A stretch of 64,000 nucleotides of DNA, taken from Rhodoferax sp. GTDB taxonomy: Bacteria; Pseudomonadota; Gammaproteobacteria; Burkholderiales; Burkholderiaceae_C. The notes beneath the pieces were generated by a model, which saw only the letters and a list, made by a program, of their open reading frames with translations, was not told the DNA's origin and searched no databases. The DNA lies in contig NZ_JBIIGC010000015.1 of assembly GCF_044236835.1 (NCBI RefSeq), forward strand, positions 17,174 through 81,173, written 5' to 3'. Shown here in pieces: positions 56,290-64,000 of the stretch (positions within the stretch are counted from its first letter, which is position 1; each line of letters starts with the position of its first letter). The translations under genes and the position numbers were made by a program.

Positions 56290-57239
56290 TGGTGACCGCG
56301 CCAGTGCCCCGGTTGTTGGCCGGCCGCTGCGCGGCGCTGGCATGCATCGCACTGCTGCTCGCGCCAGCAGCCTGGGCGCAGAACACGTTGCCTGGGCCGC
56401 TGGACGTCCAAGCCACGTCCGGCGTACCGGTTGCGCCTCCGATCCCGACCCCGATGGCTTCGGCAGACGCGGCAGCAGACGCCCGCGCTGACGCGCCCAC
56501 CGACGCCTCTGCTGGCCTTGCCACAGGACCGGGTCCCTTGGTTACCAAGTCGGGCTTGCGGCTGGGGGTGTCCACGGGCTACACCCACTACAGAGAGTCG
56601 TTGATGCAACTCGCCGGTCCCAACCTCGGCGTGCAGCTGGAGTGGGCGCAGCCTTGGGGCCTGGAGCGCTGGGTGCTGCAGGCGCAGGGCTTGCTGTCTG
56701 CGCCCAATTACAGCAGCCCAGTCAGCGGCGCCATCGACCGGCGAACCACCCTCGACACGGCGTGGCGGGCGTTGTACAGCCTGAGCGCACCAGGCACCGC
56801 CTCGGCAGGCCGCTGGGACGCTGGGTTGGAGTGGCAGACCTACTACAACGATTTGCGGGGCACCACCAGCGTGGGCCATGTGGGTTACGAGCGCGAACGC
56901 TATGGTCTGTGGGCCTTGGCTGGATACCAGTCGACTGCCGCACCAGCGCAGTCCCAGGGCGCACAGCATTGGCGGCTTGAAGCGGCCGTGCTGCTGCAGG
57001 GTCTGGCGGTCTCGCATTTGTCGCAGGTGTCTGCTTCCTACGGCGACGCGGTGAACCGCCAAAGCCGCGGCATCTCGCTGCGTGCCGAGCGCAGTTACCG
57101 CTATGCGCCAGGGGAGTTCAGGCCCTACCTTAGCGTGAGCTGGGTGGACGATTCTGATGTGCAGCGCCAGATCAACGCGAGCGTGACGGAACCTGCCAAC
57201 ACCACATGGCAGCTTGGCCTGAAGTGGTTTTGGAAGTAG
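56289..57239 (+). CDS. Putative outer-membrane beta-barrel protein
   Basis: The signal peptide ends in ...APAAWAQN. The sequence has alternating amphipathic segments rich in Y/W/G and an aromatic C-terminus WQLGLKWFWK. The ATG overlaps the peptidase stop (TGATG). Confidence 0.6.
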   Translation: MVTAPVPRLLAGRCAALACIALLLAPAAWAQNTLPGPLDVQATSGVPVAPPIPTPMASADAAADARADAPTDASAGLATGPGPLVTKSGLRLGVSTGYTHYRESLMQLAGPNLGVQLEWAQPWGLERWVLQAQGLLSAPNYSSPVSGAIDRRTTLDTAWRALYSLSAPGTASAGRWDAGLEWQTYYNDLRGTTSVGHVGYERERYGLWALAGYQSTAAPAQSQGAQHWRLEAAVLLQGLAVSHLSQVSASYGDAVNRQSRGISLRAERSYRYAPGEFRPYLSVSWVDDSDVQRQINASVTEPANTTWQLGLKWFWK

Positions 57240-57340
57240 GGATTGGGGACGTAGCGATTGGACGCCAGCGCAGTGGCAGTGCGTGTCGCTGCCCTTGGCC
57301 TGCGCCTGTGCTGAGGACTCCAGAAGTCGGGGTTGCGCGC

Positions 57341-58222
57341 TCAGTCGCCCGGGGATTGGGCCGGCTCGCATGCCACTGCAATGCGCTCGGTGTTGAGGCC
57401 CTGGCCAGTCGCGCCTGGCGCCAGCCGTAGCGCGCTCAAGCAGCCGCCCCAGACGCAGCCGGTGTCCAGGGCCAATACATCGCTGCGCGCCAACGCACCC
57501 AGCCGTGACCAGTGGCCAAAGGCCACCGTGATGTCGCTGGTGTTTCTTCCTGGCACGTCGAACCAAGGCAGGTAGCCTGCGGGCGCCGAGTCAGCCGCTC
57601 CGCTGTGATCGAACTCCATCTCGCCTTGCGCGGTGCAAAAGCGCAGGCGCGTCAGGGCGTTGACGACCACTCTGGTGCGCTCTGCGCCTTGCCAGTCAGC
57701 AGACCAGTGGTTGGGCGTGTTGCCATACATTGCCTGAAAGAATGCGCGCGCGGCAGCACCGCCGGCTGGCTGACCACTTGCTTGCCTCAATTCCACCGAA
57801 ACCTCGTGCGCCAACTCGATGGTGTCGGCCGCACTCCATTGCGGCAATACGCCAGCATGGACCAGCAAAACTTCTTGGTCTGCGACCCAGAGCTGCCGTG
57901 CCAGTGGTTGCTGCGCGAGCCAGTGCAGCAGCGCGTCGCGGTCCGGCGCTTGCAGCACGTCGGCCACAGTGTCTTTTGCCGAGGGTGTGCGTGCACCGCA
58001 GGCCAGCGCGAGCAGATGCAGGTCGTGGTTGCCCAGCACGCACTGTGCCGAACTGCCGTAGGCCAGCAAGCGACGCAGCACCTGGACTGATTCGGGGCCG
58101 CGGTTGACCAGGTCCCCCAGAAAAAACAGGGTGTCTTGGCTGGGCGAAAACGCCAGCGTGTCGAGCAGGCGCTGCAGCGCTGCATCGCAGCCTTGTACGT
58201 CGCCGATCAGGTAAAGTGCCAT
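57341..58222 (-). CDS. apaH: Symmetrical bis(5'-nucleosyl)-tetraphosphatase
   Basis: LIGDVQGC...LGDLVNRGP...GNHD are ApaH motifs. Confidence 0.9.
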   Translation of the reverse strand: MALYLIGDVQGCDAALQRLLDTLAFSPSQDTLFFLGDLVNRGPESVQVLRRLLAYGSSAQCVLGNHDLHLLALACGARTPSAKDTVADVLQAPDRDALLHWLAQQPLARQLWVADQEVLLVHAGVLPQWSAADTIELAHEVSVELRQASGQPAGGAAARAFFQAMYGNTPNHWSADWQGAERTRVVVNALTRLRFCTAQGEMEFDHSGAADSAPAGYLPWFDVPGRNTSDITVAFGHWSRLGALARSDVLALDTGCVWGGCLSALRLAPGATGQGLNTERIAVACEPAQSPGD

Positions 58223-58246
58223 GGTGTTTATTCTGCTTGGGATTGC

Positions 58247-59584
58247 ATGGACTTTCTGGTGATTCTGGTGCTCACGCTACTCAACGGTGCATTCGCCATG
58301 TCAGAGTTGGCGCTGACCGCAAGCCGCAAAGTGCGTTTGCAAACCATGGCCGAAGCGGGGGACGCAGGCGCTAAGGCGGCGCTGGACTTGCTGAGCAACC
58401 CCACCCAGTTTTTGTCGGTAGTGCAAGTTGGCATCACGTCGATCGGCATGCTCAATGGGATCGTAGGCGAGGCCGCTTTTGGCGACGGCTTGGCTGCATG
58501 GCTGGTGCACAGCTTTGCGTTGTCGGACCAAGCGGCGGCGATCACCGCGACGGTGCTGCTGGTGACCGTCATTACCTTCATCACCATCGTGTTTGGCGAG
58601 CTGGTGCCTAAGCGCATTGGGCAGTTGTACCCCGAGGCGGTGGCCCGCGTCGTGGCACGGCCCATGACCTGGGTTGCCATCGGTGCCAAGCCCTTTGTGC
58701 GGCTGTTGGCCCTTTGCACCCAGGCCACCTTGGTGCTGCTGCGGGTGAACACCGCCAATCAGCGCGCGGTCACCGAGGAGGAGATTTCGGCCAGCCTAGA
58801 AGAGGGCGTGGACGCTGGGATCATCGAAGAGCATGAGCACCAAATGGTGCGCAATGTGTTCCACCTCGACGACCGGCCGCTGAGCTCCATGATGCTGCCG
58901 CGCGCCGACATCGCCTGGTTCCATCTCGGCGACAGCGTGGCCGACTGTTTGCGGGCGGCCAGTACAGCCGGAAGCAAAGGTGCGCATTCGTGGTACCCCG
59001 TGTGCCGTGGCTCGCTCGACGACGTGGTGGGCGTAGTGCGCGTGGCGCGTTTGCTGGAGTTTGGGCCGTCGCACCAGGGCAGCGTCGAGCCGTTGGTGGA
59101 GCCTGCTTCGTTTGTGCCAGAGACACTCACTGGCATGGAGCTGATTGAACAGTTTCGCAAAGCACCGGCGCGCATGGTCTTTGTGGTGGACGAGTATGGT
59201 GTGGTGCAGGGCCTGATTACTCCGATGGACTTGCTCGAAACCATCACCGGCGAGCTGCAGCCCGACGCCCAAGCCCAAGCCTGGGCGATTGCGCTGGGCG
59301 ATGGCTCCTGGGAGCTGGACGGAGCGATGCCGGTGGGTGAGTTCAAGACCCGGCTCGCCATCGAAGACGAGTTGCCCCAGGAAGGCCGGGGCCGCTACAA
59401 CACGCTGGCTGGCCTGCTGATGACGGTCTCTGGCCGCGTGCCTGCTCTGGGCGACCGTGTCCCCTGTGCCGGCTGGCAGTTTGAAGTCACCGGACTGGAC
59501 GGTAAGCGCATCGACAAGGTGCGGGCCAGCATTGCGCTTGGCAGTAACTCACTCGATCCGGCCCGCGAGCCGGTAGGCCCCTAA
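58247..59584 (+). CDS. CNNM/TlyC-family membrane protein (DUF21 + CBS pair + CorC_HlyC)
   Basis: ATG at 58247. The N-terminal TM region contains LLNGAFAMSELAL. A CBS pair and the C-terminal transporter-associated domain follow. Confidence 0.85.
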   Translation: MDFLVILVLTLLNGAFAMSELALTASRKVRLQTMAEAGDAGAKAALDLLSNPTQFLSVVQVGITSIGMLNGIVGEAAFGDGLAAWLVHSFALSDQAAAITATVLLVTVITFITIVFGELVPKRIGQLYPEAVARVVARPMTWVAIGAKPFVRLLALCTQATLVLLRVNTANQRAVTEEEISASLEEGVDAGIIEEHEHQMVRNVFHLDDRPLSSMMLPRADIAWFHLGDSVADCLRAASTAGSKGAHSWYPVCRGSLDDVVGVVRVARLLEFGPSHQGSVEPLVEPASFVPETLTGMELIEQFRKAPARMVFVVDEYGVVQGLITPMDLLETITGELQPDAQAQAWAIALGDGSWELDGAMPVGEFKTRLAIEDELPQEGRGRYNTLAGLLMTVSGRVPALGDRVPCAGWQFEVTGLDGKRIDKVRASIALGSNSLDPAREPVGP

Positions 59585-60319
59585 GCCCAGCCATTCGCGC
59601 AACACCAACTGCCACTTCGCAGCGCCCAGGTGCAGCGAGTACTGGCTCCAAGGCGTCGCGTGTGCGGTTCGGTGGTCCACGGGGTAAGCGGTCACGTTCC
59701 AGCCTACCTTCACAAAACTGCCCATCGCCCGCGGCATGTGCCACGCCGAGGTCAATAGCAACCAGCGTTGGCGGATGTCGATACCGGGCAGGGCGGCACC
59801 CATGACCGCGTTCTCGTAGGTGTTGCGCGAGGAAGATTCCAGCGTGATCCTTTGCGCATCCACGCCCATGCTGGAAAAGAAGCGCGCGGCACGCTCGGCT
59901 TCGGTGGGTCCAGTGCCAAAAAGCTGGCCCTCGCCGCCTGTGAACACAATGCGCAAATTGGGGTGGCGCTGGGCCAAGGCCACGGCGGCGGTCATGCGCT
60001 CGGCGCTCTCGCCCAAAAGTGCTTGCGTATGGTCTTGAGCGAGGTAGCCTGGCTCCAGTGCGCCCCCCAACACGACCACGCCGGTGTAGCCTGACAGATC
60101 GGCGCTGGGGGCGAACTCGGGGTACGCCGACTCAAGTGGGCGCAGCAACCAGTCCGGCAAAGGCTGCCAGCCCAGCAGCACCAACAGCAGCACCGAACTG
60201 GCAGTGAGCCGCCGCGCCGCAACGCGGTGCCGCTGCAGCGCCAAGGCCAAAAGCAGCAGCGCAATCACCCAGTGCAGGGGTTGCGCCAACAGTGCCAACA
60301 GTTTGGATGCGATGAACAT
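59549..60319 (-). CDS. YdcF/ElyC-type DUF218 membrane-anchored protein
   Basis: An N-terminal TM pair is followed by VVVLGG and IVFTGGEG motifs. The 3' end overlaps the convergent gene by 36 nt. Confidence 0.75.
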   Translation of the reverse strand: MFIASKLLALLAQPLHWVIALLLLALALQRHRVAARRLTASSVLLLVLLGWQPLPDWLLRPLESAYPEFAPSADLSGYTGVVVLGGALEPGYLAQDHTQALLGESAERMTAAVALAQRHPNLRIVFTGGEGQLFGTGPTEAERAARFFSSMGVDAQRITLESSSRNTYENAVMGAALPGIDIRQRWLLLTSAWHMPRAMGSFVKVGWNVTAYPVDHRTAHATPWSQYSLHLGAAKWQLVLREWLGLGAYRLAGRIE

Positions 60320-60378
60320 AAATCCCTTGCAGGGTGAACTTGTATGATCGGCGAAGCCTTGGATTCCCCCCGATTTTC

Positions 60379-60990
60379 ATGCGTAAAACCGCCGCCAACG
60401 ACGATGTGATGACGACCCGGCAAGCCGGTGAGGCCTTGGGCGTTGCGGTAAGAACGGTGCAACTTTGGGTGGAATCCGGTGTGCTCAGCGCATGGCGCAC
60501 GGCAGGCGGACACCGGCGCATCGCGCGCAGCGCGGTTGAGCGTTTGCTGGCCGACCGCGCACGCAGCCTCGTCGTTGGCGCCAGCACCCCACCCATCGAT
60601 GTTCAAGCGTTCAGCCTGCTTCTGGTTGAAGATGACGTGCACTTGGTTCGGCTTTTCAGCTCGGTGGTACAGAGTTGGGGTTTGCCCATCCGGATCACGG
60701 TGGCGGGCAACGGGTTTGAGGGGCTGGTGCGGATCGGCGAAATCGCCCCGGACATGGTGGTGACCGACTTGGTGATGCCCGGCATGGACGGCATCGCGAT
60801 GCTGCGCGCACTCAAAAAGCCCGGCTCGGGGTTTGCAAAGCTCTCGGTAGTGGCGGTCTCAGCGCTGAGTACCGGAGAGATCCGCGCACAAGGCGGTCTT
60901 CCGGATGGTGTGGCCTATCTGCCCAAGCCGCTGGACTACCACCAGCTTGAAGCGCTGGTGCGCCGGGGCATACTGCAGCGCAGCCAGTGA
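60379..60990 (+). CDS. Response regulator with N-terminal excisionase/MerR-type HTH and C-terminal canonical receiver
   Basis: MTTRQAGEALGVAVRTVQLWVESGVL.....GGHRRI is the HTH. The receiver carries VEDD, VVTDLVMPGMDG, VSAL and LPKP. The start is ATG 60379, or alternatively GTG 60334. Confidence 0.75.
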   Translation: MRKTAANDDVMTTRQAGEALGVAVRTVQLWVESGVLSAWRTAGGHRRIARSAVERLLADRARSLVVGASTPPIDVQAFSLLLVEDDVHLVRLFSSVVQSWGLPIRITVAGNGFEGLVRIGEIAPDMVVTDLVMPGMDGIAMLRALKKPGSGFAKLSVVAVSALSTGEIRAQGGLPDGVAYLPKPLDYHQLEALVRRGILQRSQ

Positions 60991-61009
60991 TTGGACTAGC
61001 GCCGAGGGG

Positions 61010-61222
61010 CTACTTTTCGCACTTCGGGGAACACACCGCCTGCGACTTGCCCAACAGTTTGCGGGTCGTCAGCTGGGTGCGTGGGCGGTGCTTGCCGCAC
61101 AGGAAGCACGACATGGTGGAGGCACCCACATAGGCGGTGGAGGTGAACGGTGATCCCGACACTTTGGACTTGTAACGCAGTCCATCATCCAGGATCGCAG
61201 ACTTGGTAACGGGTTTGCTCAT
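61010..61222 (-). CDS. Hypothetical 70-aa basic protein with C-terminal Cys pairs (CFLCG ... CSPKC)
   Basis: ATG at 61222. The cysteine spacing CxxC-(x21)-CxxxC suggests a small zinc-ribbon-like fold. The family is not recognised. Confidence 0.4.
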   Translation of the reverse strand: MSKPVTKSAILDDGLRYKSKVSGSPFTSTAYVGASTMSCFLCGKHRPRTQLTTRKLLGKSQAVCSPKCEK

Positions 61223-61294
61223 AGGGCGCGATTTTACGGCCTAAAGCCGCTTGCGCCAGAAACGGGCCTATCGACGCGCTGGCGCCAGCGCAAA

Positions 61295-62095
61295 TCAGGC
61301 CATCCAGCCCAGGCCAGCCGAGGTGGCCCCCGCCACCGCGCCGCGCGCCGGGCGGTACTCGCAACCCACCCAGCCCGTCCAGCCGCAGGCCGCGGAAACC
61401 TCGTCAATCACACCCAGCAAGTAGCGCGCATTGAGCTCACCCACGTCGGGTTCATGGCGCTGGGGAACACCCGCAATCTGAAAGTGCCCGACCCGCCCGG
61501 TGGGCAGGTAGTGGCGGATTTTGGTGGCGACATCGCCCTCCATGACCTGGCAGTGGTACAGGTCAAACTGCACCTTCAGCGCATCCATGCCCAACGACTG
61601 CACCGTGTGGTGCGCCTGCTCTTGGTGGGTGAGGAAGTAGCCCGGGAAGTCCCGCGTGTTGATCGGCTCAATCAGCACTTGCACCCCGGCGGCGGCGGCC
61701 TGTTCGGCAGCCCAGGCCAGATTCGCTTCATAGGTGGTCTGTAGTGCTGCGCGCTCAACGTCAGCGGGAGCCAGGCCGGCCAGTGTGTGGATGCGCGGGC
61801 AGGCCAAGGCGTGTGCGTAGTCGAGGGCGCGGCCAAAGCCCGCGCGAAACTCCGCCTCGCGCCCGGGCAAACACGCCAAGCCGCGCTCACCCGCATCCCA
61901 GTCGCCCGGTGGTGCGTTGAGCAACACCTGCTGCAGGCCCCAGTCTTGCAAGCGCTTGGCGATATCTTGGGCTGCAAACGCATACGGAAACAACACCTCC
62001 ACACCCAAAAACCCATCGGCAGCAGCGGCCGCAAAACGGTCCAGGAAGGCGTGTTCGTTGTACAGCAGGGAGAGGTTGGCGGCGAAGCGGGGCAT
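61295..62095 (-). CDS. hyi: Hydroxypyruvate isomerase
   Basis: ATG at 62095 (the track ORF over-extends to 62398). [17 protein letters not shown] and a TIM-barrel xylose-isomerase-like sequence are present. Confidence 0.85.
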   Translation of the reverse strand: MPRFAANLSLLYNEHAFLDRFAAAAADGFLGVEVLFPYAFAAQDIAKRLQDWGLQQVLLNAPPGDWDAGERGLACLPGREAEFRAGFGRALDYAHALACPRIHTLAGLAPADVERAALQTTYEANLAWAAEQAAAAGVQVLIEPINTRDFPGYFLTHQEQAHHTVQSLGMDALKVQFDLYHCQVMEGDVATKIRHYLPTGRVGHFQIAGVPQRHEPDVGELNARYLLGVIDEVSAACGWTGWVGCEYRPARGAVAGATSAGLGWMA

Positions 62096-62495
62096 GGTGG
62101 GTGGTTGGGAGTGCAGCAGGTGGTGGCGCGCGGGGCATGGTGCCACAGGTCGAGCGAACTGTAGACGTGGCCCGAAGGCCCAAGTCAGCAATTGGGTTGG
62201 CAGGCTGTAGGGTTCAGCGATGGCACCCAAGGTGACGCATGGAGCCGTTGCGTCCATGCCAACGGATGAAAAACCGTGCCCAATACAAGTAAGCTTTTTC
62301 GGTTTGAAGGCTATAGTGAAGGTACGGAATGCGCTATCTAAGTTGGTCAAGCAGCCGAACTGAGTGCACAACGGGAGCGGCGACTTTGTCAGATTCAATA
62401 TACCTGTACATAAAAACAGAATATTGCTGTAAGTCTATGAAAACAAGAGGTTTTTTGATGAACAACGAACCACGTTATCTGACTGCCTCCCTTGT

Positions 62496-62517
62496 TATCC
62501 CGCAAAATTGCGGGATA
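62496..62517. other. Perfect 22-bp palindrome TATCCCGCAAAATTGCGGGATA in AT-rich DNA
   Basis: The sequence was read directly and every position pairs. It lies about 30 bp outside the presumed IS21 end. Confidence 0.6.
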
Positions 62518-62619
62518 TATCAAAGGCAAACATGAACGAGCCCTCAGTGTTGATTTCGCGTACAAACTGAGCCAGCATTTCGGACCAATATTGAGCCACC
62601 TGGTTAAAGATAAATTTAC

Positions 62620-63444
62620 CTACTCGGTTGTGGATAAGTCTATGTCATTGGCTTGTTCTTGATGCTCTCCTTTCATTGATTTTGGTTTACTTGTCTTGCG
62701 TGCTGGACGCACCTGTGCACTGGAATTCTTGAACCTCCAGCTCTCATTGCCAGTCTCCACAATGTGGCAGTGATGGGTCAGCCGATCCAGTAGAGCCGTG
62801 GTCATCTTCGGATCCCCAAACACATTGGCCCACTCCGAGAAGCTCAGGTTGGTGGTGATCACCACGCTGGTTCGCTCGTACAGCTTGGACAGCAAATGGA
62901 ACAGCAATGCCCCACCAGCCTGGGTAAATGGCAGGTACCCCATCTCATCCAGAATCACCATATCGACGTACATCAGCCGGTAAGCGATCTGCCCTGACTT
63001 GCCCTGTGCTTTCTCCAGTTCCAGCGCATTCACCAGCTCCACCGTCGAGAAGAAGCGCACCCGCTTGCCGTGAGTACGAATGGCTTCAACGCCCAAACTG
63101 GTGGCCAGATGCGTCTTGCCCGTGCCTGGCCCGCCAATGAGCACCACGTTGTGCGCCGACTCCAGAAACTTCATTTGGTGCAAGTCCCGAATCAAGCCTT
63201 CATCAACGCCGGCTTGGGTAAAGTCAAACCCCGCGAGGTCTCGGTGCGACTGGAAGCGTGCCACCCGCGTCTGGTACGCCATGGATCGCACCTCACGCTG
63301 TGCAGCTTCTGCCTTGAGCAACTGGTGCAGAACTGTTTCATGATCCAGCGTCTTGATACGCGCCGTGCCCAACACTTCCGGCCACGCACTGGCCATGCCA
63401 TGCAAACTCAAACCCTTCAGGGCTGTCACGATGTCATTGGACAT
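62620..63444 (-). CDS. istB: IS21-family helper ATPase IstB
   Basis: Walker [12 protein letters not shown], Walker B ILDEMGY and the N-terminal sequence [10 protein letters not shown]...AEAAQRE are typical of IstB. Confidence 0.9.
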   Translation of the reverse strand: MSNDIVTALKGLSLHGMASAWPEVLGTARIKTLDHETVLHQLLKAEAAQREVRSMAYQTRVARFQSHRDLAGFDFTQAGVDEGLIRDLHQMKFLESAHNVVLIGGPGTGKTHLATSLGVEAIRTHGKRVRFFSTVELVNALELEKAQGKSGQIAYRLMYVDMVILDEMGYLPFTQAGGALLFHLLSKLYERTSVVITTNLSFSEWANVFGDPKMTTALLDRLTHHCHIVETGNESWRFKNSSAQVRPARKTSKPKSMKGEHQEQANDIDLSTTE

Positions 63445-64000
63445 GGCCAGCCTCCAGGTCGTTGACGCGCAGACTGTCGTAGCGCGTCACGTTGGCCAGC
63501 GGTGGGGTTTGCAGTGTCAGTGGGGTATTTACCTCACCAACCGCCATGGGGCGGGACTGGTCCTTCAAATGGGCCAAGGTGTTGAGGACGTGTTCGGCAC
63601 TGACACGCCCCGCCTGCAAAGCAATCTCTATGGCTGCCAATACTGAATCCAATCCGTGCAGTGGAACGGCACTCAGGACTTGCGCCATCACCCGATCACC
63701 GCCCGGGTTCTTGAGCAACTGGCGTTGCAACTCCTGTAACGGCTCGGGCATGGTCTTGAACGGCGCACCGTTGCGCAGTGCGCCAGGCTTGCGCTCGATC
63801 AGGCTGATGTAGTGCTGCCAGTCATAGAAGGTTTGGTCCCGCTCAAAGCTGCGTGGCAGATCCACCACTTCACCATGCACGCTGACCACCCGTAGGAATT
63901 CGGGGTAGGCCCGTAGGCTGACCACCGAATTGACCCATTCGCAGGGCACGCTGTAGCGGTTACGCTGGAAGTGGATTAGCGATGTTGCTGTAACACGGGC
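63434..64000 (-). CDS. istA: IS21-family transposase IstA, C-terminal part (5' end outside the window)
   Basis: The frame stays open to base 64000 (...[15 protein letters not shown]...). The GTG at 63949 in the track is not the real start. Confidence 0.85.
   Translation of the reverse strand, partial: ARVTATSLIHFQRNRYSVPCEWVNSVVSLRAYPEFLRVVSVHGEVVDLPRSFERDQTFYDWQHYISLIERKPGALRNGAPFKTMPEPLQELQRQLLKNPGGDRVMAQVLSAVPLHGLDSVLAAIEIALQAGRVSAEHVLNTLAHLKDQSRPMAVGEVNTPLTLQTPPLANVTRYDSLRVNDLEAGHVQ

Larger units (their letters stand above)
62548..64000 (-). mobile_element. IS21-family insertion sequence, istB-proximal part (continues beyond the window)
   Basis: The istA'/istB pair has an 11-nt overlap. 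Downstream of istB there are TGAGCC-containing sub-terminal repeats (AAACTGAGCCAGC, ATATTGAGCCACC), and TGT at 62548 is a plausible terminus. The exact end is unverified because the other IR is outside the window. Confidence 0.7.

Noticed and set aside
61276-61291. 16-bp perfect palindrome GCGCTGGCGCCAGCGC, 4 nt downstream of the hyi stop, as a terminator
   Set aside because: The hairpin would have no loop and is not followed by a U-tract. It may be a weak terminator or a coincidental GC palindrome, and the evidence is insufficient to list it as a feature.
62329-62535. 68-aa ORF in the AT-rich junction
   Set aside because: Its codon usage is atypical for the host, it has no RBS and its sequence is Cys/Tyr/Ser-rich and nonsensical. 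It is more likely non-coding junction DNA.

Overview
This is a GC-rich, densely coding chromosomal window. Its protein repertoire reads like a betaproteobacterium of the Burkholderiales/Comamonadaceae type; that placement is inferred from protein sequence style only, since no database search was possible. I can support about 52 protein genes, one tRNA-Ser(UGA), three to four hairpin terminators, a few candidate operator sites and the 3' part of an IS21-family element (istA'/istB) at the right edge.

The main theme is a dispersed purine/ureide catabolon:
- puuE, a uraD::allC fusion, an M20 hydrolase, uraH, xdhC and puuD
- an 8-oxoguanine-deaminase-like amidohydrolase and a MOFRL glycerate kinase
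- xdhAB
- a BMP-type nucleoside ABC importer
- adenosine/adenine deaminase, guanine deaminase and hyi

Several non-canonical insertions or partners interrupt this catabolon:
1. A 5.3-kb gene (23434-28779) encodes a 1781-aa Ig-repeat surface protein with no recognisable secretion signal. It contains recombination-prone duplicated modules and an AT-rich patch.
2. xdhA-xdhB are translationally coupled to a glutamine-synthetase-like ligase and a class-III aminotransferase.
3. A PaO-type Rieske oxygenase lies between the nucleoside-binding lipoprotein gene and the deaminase gene.
4. An atypical receiver-TPR protein and a tRNA lie at the tail of the ureide operon.

Separately, 51978-57239 holds a tightly coupled four-gene envelope module that I regard as the best candidate for an undescribed system. 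It comprises a cytoplasmic protein, a multi-barrel lipoprotein, an S8 subtilase lipoprotein with a (Thr-Pro)23 stalk encoded by a perfect hexanucleotide microsatellite, and an outer-membrane barrel.

The left part of the window carries housekeeping genes (rph, rdgB, hemW), a lipid head-group/aminotransferase gene knot and a phosphate-economy neighbourhood (ppk2, OlsB-like GNAT + LpxH-family phosphoesterase, phytase-like secreted protein).

Many long antisense ORFs in the track are GC-driven artefacts and were rejected. All family assignments rest on motifs and my recollection of protein families, and need HMM/BLAST confirmation.
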